DNA from: Eubacteriales bacterium
GTDB taxonomy: Bacteria; Bacillota; Clostridia; Lachnospirales; Vallitaleaceae
Assembly: GCA_041844915.1 (NCBI GenBank)
Contig: JBGZBY010000087.1
Span: 25,530 to 89,529, forward strand
DNA length: 64,000 nt
Direction: 5' to 3'
Positions within the stretch are counted from its first letter, which is position 1; every line of letters starts with the position of its first letter. The position numbers were made by a program, and so were the translations under genes. A model generated the notes under the pieces. That model made no database searches, had not been told where the DNA came from, and saw only the letters and a program-made list of their open reading frames with translations. Below are positions 28,070 through 36,288 of this stretch, in pieces.

Positions 28070-29305
28070 ATGGATAGAATATTTCGATCAGGGGTCGGGT
28101 TTTTGATGTTTATTTTTTTCATAATGGGAATGAATGCCTGCCAGGCGCCGCAGGCAAAGCAGGAGGAAATGCTAGAGGTAACAAAAGAAAAAGAAGTGAA
28201 CGTGGAAGAAGCTGCCGACGGGAAAGCAAATAGCGAAAAAATAGAGAATAAGAAATCAAGCAGCGAAGAAGCAGATAATGGAAAAGCGACTAATACAATA
28301 TTGAGTAGTATGCGAACAATGACGATACAGGGGCTTAATGAATCGTATTTTTCTTTGCCGGATATTCAGAGCGATAAGATCAAGGAAAAAGAGATGACAG
28401 CAGAACAAGCGGAGAGAGAGGAAAGGCTTTTTGCAGATACGCCAATATATCGGGAGCTGATGAAAAAACCAGAGCTTATGGCAATCGCTGCCGATGAAAA
28501 TGGAAACTATATTGCTGCACTGAAAGAGGGAACGGGTGATGGGAGCTTTAGCATTATCCGATATGATCAGACGGGAAAGGAAATAAGTAAGCGAGGCTAT
28601 GGTGATAAGGGCTATGCTTGGATATATGACATTTGGTACCATAAAGATATGGGGATTGTGTTGTCCGGCGTTCAGTCTGGAGGAGGAGTTTTTACCCAAG
28701 GAATAGAAGAGTCTGATTTTCTTGCCTGCATTGATGCGGAAACCTTGGAATTTCGCTGGACAAGAACGACACCGTATTTGGTTGCTCAATGCTTTGTTAC
28801 CGATGAGGCGGTGCTGATTGTTGAGGAAATGTCTGGGGGGAAAGCAAGAGTAGTCCGGCTGGCGCGTGATGGGCAAGAAATTTGGCAGGCTGGGGCTTTG
28901 CAACAATCGGTCAGTGGAATAGCGGAATTGGCAGATGGACGGACGCTTGTTTTCGAGAGGGCAGTTGGAGAAAAAGGAAGCGACAACAAGGGGATACTTT
29001 ATTGTTTTAATGGCAGCGGAAAAGAGCTGGCGAAGCTGGAACTTGACTATTTCGGGGAAATTACACCAACAGATGATGGAGGGTTTATCCTAACGGCGTT
29101 TCGCAGTATAAAAACAGTTCCTCAACCGCTGGCTGTTTCGTCGATTTGGTTTGACAGAGAAACTGTGGCGGCAAAGTACAATAAGGATTTAGAGCTGGAA
29201 TGGCGAAAAACCTATGACAGCTTTAAGGATACCATTGGGAATGATATTGTTATTCCGCAAAAAGATGGAAGTTTGATTATAACGAGGAGAAGTACTCCGT
29301 ACTAA
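28070..29305 (+). CDS. Hypothetical lipoprotein, possibly a beta-propeller
   Basis: Lipobox MNAC, charged linker, repeated beta-strand motifs (YDQTGK, DGQEIW, DLELEW). Confidence 0.75.
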   Translation: MDRIFRSGVGFLMFIFFIMGMNACQAPQAKQEEMLEVTKEKEVNVEEAADGKANSEKIENKKSSSEEADNGKATNTILSSMRTMTIQGLNESYFSLPDIQSDKIKEKEMTAEQAEREERLFADTPIYRELMKKPELMAIAADENGNYIAALKEGTGDGSFSIIRYDQTGKEISKRGYGDKGYAWIYDIWYHKDMGIVLSGVQSGGGVFTQGIEESDFLACIDAETLEFRWTRTTPYLVAQCFVTDEAVLIVEEMSGGKARVVRLARDGQEIWQAGALQQSVSGIAELADGRTLVFERAVGEKGSDNKGILYCFNGSGKELAKLELDYFGEITPTDDGGFILTAFRSIKTVPQPLAVSSIWFDRETVAAKYNKDLELEWRKTYDSFKDTIGNDIVIPQKDGSLIITRRSTPY

Positions 29306-29593
29306 ATCGCGGGCATTTCTGTGAAATTACGGCAGCGAAAAAACAGAGGGAATAAGGGAGTAAAAACAAGAGAGTAAAAGAAAGGAGAATAAAAAAAGAG
29401 AAATAAAGAATAAAAAAAGGGATAACAGCTTTTAGAGCTGTCTGAAGGGCAAATAGAGAGCAATATCTATGTTTGCTTGATGGACAGAACAGTTCTGGGA
29501 AATCTGGAATTGGTTTTTAGCAGAAGGAAACGGATGCTTGGTCGAGGAAGCCGGATGCTTGTCCGGTAAAAAATATAAACAGGAGAATTTATT

Positions 29594-31315
29594 ATGAAAT
29601 TTCAGTTAGTCAGTGCATTGGAAAAAGTATTTTTAGACAGGGAACCGAAGAATATGGAGCGGAAGGAGCTGTCAGGACTTTACGGTGAGGTGCTTTCCTT
29701 TCAGATTGCCTGTCATAGTGAGAAAACAGGGGATAATATTCTGGAGTATCCAGTTACCCTGCGATTGAAAGGAGCTTTGCGGCATCGCTTGCAATGCAGG
29801 GTAGTCGGCTCGGTGCCATCGGATTTTCCAGCGCATCCCAGAGAAGAGAGGGATGACAATTATCTGGAGGATAAGCCGGGGCTATTTCCCGATATTCTTT
29901 TGCCGCTGACGGCAAGCTTTGGTCAGCGAGAGGAGGGAGAGGAAGAAACAGTGCTTCGGCTGCGAGCGCCGTTTCAGAAATGGCGTGCGTTTTGGTTTGA
30001 CCTTGAGATTACGGCGGCGGAGGCGGCCGGAAAATATCCGCTGACGATTACTGCCGAGGATAAAGAAGGACGGACGCTGTGGCAGGAGGAGCTGATTTTT
30101 GAGATAATCGGTGCGGAGCTTCCAAAGCAGGAGCTGATTCATACCGAGTGGTTTCATGCTGATTGTCTGGCGGTCTATTATGATTTACCGATGTTTTCCG
30201 GAGCGCATTGGCGAGTGATTAAGCGCTTTATGAAAACGGCGGTAAAGCATGGCATCAATACGATTCTGACGCCGCTTTTCACCTTACCGCTGGATACAAT
30301 GATTGGCGGCGAGCGGCCGACGCATCAGTTGATTGATATTATGAAGCTTGGTGAGGAATATCGGTTTCGTTTCGGCGATTTAAATGAATGGATTGATGCT
30401 GCTTTTGCCTGCGGCTTTGAATATATTGAGTTTTCTCATCTGTTTACACAATGGGGAGCTAAAGCAGCACCCAAGATTATGGTTTGGGAGAAGGGTAAGA
30501 CAGTGCAGAAATTCGGCTGGCATACCGAGGCGACGGATCCAGAATACACGGAATTTTTACGGGAATTTTTAAAGGCCTTGACCGAATATATTGAGAGAAA
30601 AGGTATCAGAGATAAGGTTATTTTTCACATTTCGGATGAGCCGCATAACGAAGCTGACAAGGAAAGCTATTTGCGCGCTAAGGCTACGATCATTGACCTT
30701 TTGGACGGCTATTTTGTGACCGACGCCTTAAGCAGCTATGAGATATACAAGGAGGGCGTGGTAGAGCATCCAGTGGTAGCGACCAGCCATATTGATTATT
30801 TTATTGAAAATGGAGCGAAGGATCTTTGGGCATATTACTGCTGCTCGCAAAAGGACAAGGTGAGCAATCGTTTTATGTCTATGCCGTCGGCGCGCAACCG
30901 TATTTTGGGTGTGCAGCTTTATAAATTTGATATCAAGGGCTTTTTGCATTGGGGCTATAATTTTTATAATTCTCAATACTCCTTAGAAGCGATTAACCCG
31001 TATTTGGTGACGGACGCTTGTGAGGCATTCCCTTCGGGCGATGCATTCTTGGTTTATCCCGGCGCTACTTGGGAAGTCGTCGAGTCAATTCGGCTAATGG
31101 TTTTGTCGCAGGCGCTTTATGATCTGCGGGCGCTGAAGCTTTTGGAAAGCCTGACAGATAAGGCCTTTGTATTGGAACTGATAGAAGGTGAGTTGGAAAA
31201 TAAGATTACCTTTGCCGAGTACCCCAAGGAGGAAGAATATTTGTGGAGATTGAGAGAGCGTGTCAATCAGGAGATTAGCCGGAGAATTGCCTCGCGTAAA
31301 GAAGATGGACAATAA
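29594..31315 (+). CDS. DUF4091-domain glycoside hydrolase (GH123-like, putative beta-N-acetylhexosaminidase)
   Basis: HTEWFHAD, FHISDEP, WAYYCC, GFLHWGYNFY, PSGDAFLVYPG and SIRL motifs. Confidence 0.8.
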   Translation: MKFQLVSALEKVFLDREPKNMERKELSGLYGEVLSFQIACHSEKTGDNILEYPVTLRLKGALRHRLQCRVVGSVPSDFPAHPREERDDNYLEDKPGLFPDILLPLTASFGQREEGEEETVLRLRAPFQKWRAFWFDLEITAAEAAGKYPLTITAEDKEGRTLWQEELIFEIIGAELPKQELIHTEWFHADCLAVYYDLPMFSGAHWRVIKRFMKTAVKHGINTILTPLFTLPLDTMIGGERPTHQLIDIMKLGEEYRFRFGDLNEWIDAAFACGFEYIEFSHLFTQWGAKAAPKIMVWEKGKTVQKFGWHTEATDPEYTEFLREFLKALTEYIERKGIRDKVIFHISDEPHNEADKESYLRAKATIIDLLDGYFVTDALSSYEIYKEGVVEHPVVATSHIDYFIENGAKDLWAYYCCSQKDKVSNRFMSMPSARNRILGVQLYKFDIKGFLHWGYNFYNSQYSLEAINPYLVTDACEAFPSGDAFLVYPGATWEVVESIRLMVLSQALYDLRALKLLESLTDKAFVLELIEGELENKITFAEYPKEEEYLWRLRERVNQEISRRIASRKEDGQ

Positions 31316-31430
31316 AAGGAGCATGGTCATGCTTTTTGCTTGTTGGTGAAGTGAGCAAGAGGAAAGTCCATCTTCGCGGGGTAATACCTGTCGAAAGAAT
31401 ACAGCAAATGCCATGGTAACTAAAAAAGGG

Positions 31431-31474
31431 TGTATATTCATGTAGTTAGAAAGGACTAACTACATGAATATACA
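31431..31474. repeat. Perfect 19-bp inverted repeat
   Basis: TGTATATTCATGTAGTTAG-AAAGGA-CTAACTACATGAATATACA. Confidence 0.9.
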
Positions 31475-31739
31475 TAGTTGGCAATAATAATAAGCCGTTG
31501 ACATATAGTTTTCGATATCATTTTTTTGCCAGTTTCCATTGTACAAGGAACGCGCAGACTATCTTCTTGATGTGTGGTTATCATCAGGGCAGCCTTGATA
31601 CATGTGGAGATGGTAGTAATGATGTCAAGAGTCGAAGGAAAATAGCCGCCATAGCTCAGTAATACTGCTGGAAGAATGTAAAAATAATTGAGACATAGTG
31701 AGGTGATCTCAAACTTACCTGAATTAAAAATAAGTTATA

Positions 31740-31751
31740 AAATTAGAAGTT
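31740..31751 (+). repeat. Cassette-boundary motif, opening arm
   Basis: AAATTAGAAGTT, identical to 32156-32167 and 32464-32475. Confidence 0.75.
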
Positions 31752-31812
31752 GAGTAGTAGCTGAAATGGATTACGATATAAATAAACTATAAAGTGTAGG
31801 AAAGGATAAAAT

Positions 31813-32118
31813 ATGAAAGCCGAACTATATATAAATAAAGCATCTATGCAAATAAAAAAAGGTGATATAGAGGGTGCTGTTTGTAGTATGAAAAAGGTTA
31901 TTGAATTGAATGATGATGAAGTTTCAAATGTTCAAGCTCATTGCTTTTTAGGTGAATATTATTTTGTGAACCAAAACTATATTCTCGCTAAAGAACATTT
32001 AGATTATATTATGGAGCAACAGGAAAAATTGGAAAATGAATATGATGATTTGTTGAATGATGAAATTATAAATGCGAATGTTTTGATAGAACTACTTGAA
32101 AAATATTCTTTGGAATAA
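31813..32118 (+). CDS. Small acidic TPR-like hypothetical protein
   Basis: SD AAGGA; helical-repeat pattern (AHCFLGEYYF...YILAKEHL); visibly lower GC than flanking genes. Confidence 0.8.
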   Translation: MKAELYINKASMQIKKGDIEGAVCSMKKVIELNDDEVSNVQAHCFLGEYYFVNQNYILAKEHLDYIMEQQEKLENEYDDLLNDEIINANVLIELLEKYSLE

Positions 32119-32131
32119 TAGATTTGCTGAC

Positions 32132-32167
32132 AAATTCCAGTTTATCGGGATTGGTAAATTAGAAGTT
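32132..32167. repeat. Cassette junction site 1
   Basis: AAATTCCAGTTT-ATCGGGATTGGT-AAATTAGAAGTT: imperfect inverted 12-bp arms around a 12-bp spacer. Confidence 0.8.
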
Positions 32168-32208
32168 ATAGGGAAGTGCCTCGCAAGCATTGCTATACAT
32201 CCCAATTT

Positions 32209-32290
32209 TGTCATCCCTTTTGGAAGGCGCGTCGAAACTTGCTCCCTACGGTCGCTTCGAACAGTCGACGACCTTCCAAAAGGGATGACA
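32209..32290. repeat. GC-rich REP-like hairpin inside a non-coding module
   Basis: TGTCATCCCTTTTGGAAGG / CCTTCCAAAAGGGATGACA 19-bp perfect arms plus an inner CGTCGA/TCGACG stem. Confidence 0.85.
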
Positions 32291-32430
32291 GGACTCGGGG
32301 AGCAGACAGTGCTGTGATGGTGATTTTATCTGAATGGCTGTTGGGGTGGGTTTGCCTTGACGACTGATTTGCCAGCGCCGAGAGGTGGAAATGCCGCAGG
32401 CATTTGCTTCGAGCCTAGCACATTTCCTGC

Positions 32431-32475
32431 AACTCCCAGTTTGTAAAACTGTTCTGTAAAGAAAAATTAGAAGTT
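32431..32475. repeat. Cassette junction site 2
   Basis: AACTCCCAGTTT-21 bp-AAATTAGAAGTT immediately before the SD of the next gene. Confidence 0.7.
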
Positions 32476-32491
32476 AGTAAGGAGAATAAAA

Positions 32492-32818
32492 ATGAAAGAA
32501 TTTGACCAAAATTACAAACTCTTGGACGAAATGTACCAAGACGAATATTACCCTGACTTTTTGGTAGACAAGGTGAAAGGCGAACTACAAAAAGTAATTT
32601 GTTTATTGGAGAAAGGTGAGAAAAATACAGAGATTATTCAAGAAAAGCTGGATGAAGCAGTATGTGCCATCAATGATTTACAGGAAGAATTTGATGAGAA
32701 TGATAGTGAAATTGAAACAGTTGCTCGTGATTGCATCGGAGTAACTGTTGAGTATATTCTAAAATGGTTTGGTATTGATATTGATACTGAAGAAGCGATA
32801 AGGGAAAGAGATTGGTAA
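32492..32818 (+). CDS. Small acidic protein, DUF5713-like
   Basis: MYQDEYYPDFLVDKVK...SEIETVARD...AIRERDW matches my recollection of DUF5713; SD AAGGAG. Confidence 0.8.
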   Translation: MKEFDQNYKLLDEMYQDEYYPDFLVDKVKGELQKVICLLEKGEKNTEIIQEKLDEAVCAINDLQEEFDENDSEIETVARDCIGVTVEYILKWFGIDIDTEEAIRERDW

Positions 32819-32821
32819 GAC

Positions 32822-32857
32822 AAATCCCAGTTTATCGGGATTGGTAACTTAGAAACT
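32822..32857. repeat. Cassette junction site 3
   Basis: AAATCCCAGTTT-ATCGGGATTGGT-AACTTAGAAACT; spacer identical to site 1; begins 3 nt after the stop codon. Confidence 0.8.
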
Positions 32858-33125
32858 ACAGGGTCGTGCTGCGCACTTGTGATTTTGTTGGTGAAGCGCC
32901 GGAAAAGGAATATGCCCGCTGCGCGGTCGCATTCCTTTTCCTTGCGCGCTTCAAAATTTTATTTTTTTTGACTGGATATTTAGGATGCTTTGGGCTATAA
33001 TAAGTAAGGCTTTGTTTTTTAGGGCGGATTTTTTCGTTTTAGAGAAAAGAGAGGAAGCGGCTTGCAGAAGTCGCCTTTTACCGGCGCGAGGGAAGCGCAG
33101 ATTAAACACCAGTGAGGAAAATGAT

Positions 33126-34073
33126 ATGAATGGATATGGGCATGCCCACGGCAAGGTGATCTTGATGGGAGAGCATTCCGTTGTTTACGGTTACCCGGCG
33201 ATTGCGCTGCCGTTTATGGAGGCGGCAATTCAAGGAGAGGTCAGAGAGCATTTTGGCGAGATATGGCTGGAATCCGATTTTTATACAGGCTATTTAAGCG
33301 AGGCTCCGGAGGAAAGGGCGCATCTAATCACTGCGATATATGCCACTTTGGAGTATTTAAAAAAAGAAAAGAAAAATTTGAAGATTATTATTACCAGCGA
33401 CCTGCCGGCCAGCCGAGGATTGGGATCTTCGGCGGCAGTGGCGGTCGCTGTTATTCGTGCGTTGTTTCAATACTTTGGCAGGGAGATTACCGATGAGGAG
33501 CTGATTTATTTGGCGCATCAGGCGGAAAAAATTGCCCATGGCAATCCCAGCGGGATTGATGTGCTTACGACTGCTTTTGAGCAGCCGATCTGGTTTCGCA
33601 AGTCAACGGAAAAAAAAGGAACCAGAGAAATCAAATCTCTGCATGTTTCGCTGCCGGCATATCTGATTGTGGCGGACACGGAAATTTACGGTCAGACGAA
33701 GGAAGCGGTCGAGATTATTGCCAAGGGACTGCAAAAAAGACCGGAGGAAACAAGGAAGCTGTTGCAGGAACTGGGAACTTTCGCGATAGCGGCGGAAAAG
33801 GAAATTAAAGGAAAAAATTGCCGCAGGCTGGGAGAATTAATGACCGGCGCCCATCAGAGGCTGCAAAAGTTGGGCGTCAGCCATCCGTTGCTGGATCATT
33901 TGGTGGATGAGGCTCTGCGTTTGGGGGCTTTGGGCGCCAAGCTGACCGGAGGCGGTCTGGGAGGCTGTATGATCTGTTTGACGCAGGATAGGGAAAGTGC
34001 CGGTGTTATAGTGGAAAGGCTTAAGCAGGAGGGAGCAAAAAATACATGGATTTATCCTATGAGCGGCAAATAA
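33126..34073 (+). CDS. mvk: Mevalonate kinase
   Basis: GKVILMGEHSVVYG, PASRGLGSSAA, HGNPSGID and KLTGGGLGGC GHMP motifs; start set to ATG 33126. Confidence 0.93.
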   Translation: MNGYGHAHGKVILMGEHSVVYGYPAIALPFMEAAIQGEVREHFGEIWLESDFYTGYLSEAPEERAHLITAIYATLEYLKKEKKNLKIIITSDLPASRGLGSSAAVAVAVIRALFQYFGREITDEELIYLAHQAEKIAHGNPSGIDVLTTAFEQPIWFRKSTEKKGTREIKSLHVSLPAYLIVADTEIYGQTKEAVEIIAKGLQKRPEETRKLLQELGTFAIAAEKEIKGKNCRRLGELMTGAHQRLQKLGVSHPLLDHLVDEALRLGALGAKLTGGGLGGCMICLTQDRESAGVIVERLKQEGAKNTWIYPMSGK

Positions 34074-35053
34074 AAAGCTATGCCAGAGCAGGCGCAAATA
34101 TCGCTCTGGTAAAGTATTGGGGGAAAAAGCAGGAAGCCTTAAAGCTCCCCTATAACAGCAGTCTTTCTATGACCTTGGACAATTTATATACCGATACGGG
34201 AATGTGTTTTCATTCGGGTGAAAAGGATATATTTTATTTGAATGGGAAAAGGCAGGCAGAAGAGGAAACGGAGAAGGTCGGTGTTTTTTTGGAGATGTTT
34301 CGGCAGCTGAGCGGTAAGAGGGACAGAGTCTTTATCAGCAGCTATAACAGTTTTCCAACGGCAGCGGGTCTAGCCTCGTCCGCCTCCGGTTATGCAGCGA
34401 TGGCGGCGGCGGCAAAGCAGCTGTATCATTTGGATATTGAGGACAAAGACTTGTCCAGACTTGCCAGACGAGGCTCCGGCTCGGCCTGTCGCAGTTTGTT
34501 TGGAGGCTTTGTCATGTGGCATGCTGGTACAGATGATGAAAGCAGCTATGCTGAGCCTTTAGCCGAAGCGGAAGAATATGCAATGCTGATACTTTTGCTG
34601 AATAGCGAGAAGAAAGCGAAGCCTTCGACGGCGGGGATGAAGGAAGTAGTAGAGCATTCGGCATATTATCCGGCGTGGGTTGAGCAGGCGGCGGCAGATT
34701 TTCGGGAAATGAAGGCGGCAATTCTGGCTAAGGATTTTAGCCGGATAGGGCAGATTGCCGAAGCAAATTGCTTGAAAATGCATGCCACTACATGGGGGAG
34801 CGACCGTCCCTTTACTTACTTGCAGCCGGCAAGTCTGGAAGCGATGGAGATTGTGCGCCGGTTTCGGCGGCAGGGAACAGAGATTTATTTTACCATTGAT
34901 GCCGGCCCCAATATCAAGGTCTTTTGTCGGCGAAAGACGCTGCCGGAGGTGATGCGGCAAATGAGTAAATACTATGAAAAGGACAGAATGTTTCCGGCTT
35001 ATGCGGGCAAGGGATATCAGCTAAAGGAGTGTGAAGGCTTTGATCAGCGTTAG
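34046..35053 (+). CDS. mvaD: Diphosphomevalonate decarboxylase
   Basis: NIALVKYWGK, PTAAGLASSASG, RRGSGSACRS and DAGPN motifs. Confidence 0.95.
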   Translation: MDLSYERQIKSYARAGANIALVKYWGKKQEALKLPYNSSLSMTLDNLYTDTGMCFHSGEKDIFYLNGKRQAEEETEKVGVFLEMFRQLSGKRDRVFISSYNSFPTAAGLASSASGYAAMAAAAKQLYHLDIEDKDLSRLARRGSGSACRSLFGGFVMWHAGTDDESSYAEPLAEAEEYAMLILLLNSEKKAKPSTAGMKEVVEHSAYYPAWVEQAAADFREMKAAILAKDFSRIGQIAEANCLKMHATTWGSDRPFTYLQPASLEAMEIVRRFRRQGTEIYFTIDAGPNIKVFCRRKTLPEVMRQMSKYYEKDRMFPAYAGKGYQLKECEGFDQR

Positions 35054-36083
35054 AGTTGGAGGTAAGCTGTATTGGGGCGGCGAATATGCCGTGGTGGAAG
35101 CGGGGCATACGGCGGTGCTTATGGCGGTGAGCCGCTGCTTGGAGGCTGAGCTGGAATTTTCTGGTAGTCAGGGAAAGATAGTTTCATCATTATATCCTCA
35201 TTGTCTATATTGGTCGCATATAGGCGGCAGGCTGCAAATGGAGTATCATGACGACTATCGTTTGCTGATTGGAGCAGTGGAGCTGATGAGTGAATATCTG
35301 ACGGAGCAGGGGCTTGAACTAAGAGCCTTTGAGCTTAGAATTGACAGTGCCTTGCATACTTCGGGATTTCAAAAATATGGACTTGGCTCCAGCGGCGCGG
35401 TGATTGTGGCGGCGGTTCGAGGGATCCTGCGTCTTTATCAGCAAAAGGATGAGGATTTATTGGTTTTTAAGCTGGCATGTTTGATTTTGCTGAAAGCCGG
35501 CGCTAACGGCTCAATGGGCGATGTGGCAAGCTGTGCCTACGGCGGACTGATTGCCTATACTTCCTTTGATCGGGAGCAGGTTTCAGGCTGGCTACAGGAT
35601 AAGCGCCTGCTTGATATCGTTGCGGCTCAATGGAAGGGGCTGAGCATACGAAGGATTGTCAATCGGCTCGCAATGGATGTATTGGTCGGCTGGACAAAGC
35701 AGGAGGCAAGTTCCTCCCGACTGGTGCGACAGGTTGGCTTGGTCAGAGAAAGGCCGGAATACGCCGAGTTTTTAGCAGAAAGTCAGGTCGAGGTAATACG
35801 GCTTATTGCCGCCATGGAGCATGGCGATAAGGAAGACTTTAAACAGGCGGTTCGGCAGCTGCGGCAGGGTCTGCTGCGATTGGAGCGGCTTTGCGGAGCG
35901 GAGATTGAAACGGAAGGGCTGAAGGCCATGGCGGAGCTGGCAGAAAATTATGACGCGGTGGGGAAGCTCTCCGGAGCGGGCGGAGGCGATTGCGGTCTTA
36001 TTTTCTTATTTGACAAAGCGCAAAAGGATAGAGTTCAGCAGGCGATGAAGGACAAAAATATTTATCCCCTTGAGCTTGAATAA
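35040..36083 (+). CDS. mvaK2: Phosphomevalonate kinase
   Basis: GKLYWGGEYAVV, KYGLGSSGA, GSMGDVA and KLSGAGGGDCG motifs; probable TTG start after AAGGAG. Confidence 0.92.
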   Translation: MISVRVGGKLYWGGEYAVVEAGHTAVLMAVSRCLEAELEFSGSQGKIVSSLYPHCLYWSHIGGRLQMEYHDDYRLLIGAVELMSEYLTEQGLELRAFELRIDSALHTSGFQKYGLGSSGAVIVAAVRGILRLYQQKDEDLLVFKLACLILLKAGANGSMGDVASCAYGGLIAYTSFDREQVSGWLQDKRLLDIVAAQWKGLSIRRIVNRLAMDVLVGWTKQEASSSRLVRQVGLVRERPEYAEFLAESQVEVIRLIAAMEHGDKEDFKQAVRQLRQGLLRLERLCGAEIETEGLKAMAELAENYDAVGKLSGAGGGDCGLIFLFDKAQKDRVQQAMKDKNIYPLELE

Positions 36084-36147
36084 AAGCATTTGCCGCGAAA
36101 AAGAATTGAAAAATTGAGGCGGAGCTGGCGGAAAATCAAAATAGCAA

Positions 36148-36204
36148 GCAAAAAGCAAGCGGCGACCATCCTGTGTTATGGGGGCGCCGCTTGCTTTTTA
36201 TTTG
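36148..36204. terminator. Bidirectional terminator between the mva operon and pepF
   Basis: AAAAAGCAAGCGGCG...CGCCGCTTGCTTTTT between convergent genes. Confidence 0.75.
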
Positions 36205-36288
36205 CGGAGGAAATGTCGCGGTCTTTGCTTGCATCGCGGTTAAGGCTTCTTGGCATGGCTTGGAATGGCAGCCAAGGCCAATCCGGAT

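Noticed and set aside
32096-32367. ORFs of 73 aa and 63 aa across module B
   Set aside because: They run through the junction site and hairpin with no SD; better explained as non-coding
31740-32860. CRISPR array or classical integron as an explanation of the repeated sites
   Set aside because: Spacing is hundreds of bp and contains whole genes; there is no cas or intI gene, and no RYYYAAC/GTTRRRY attC cores
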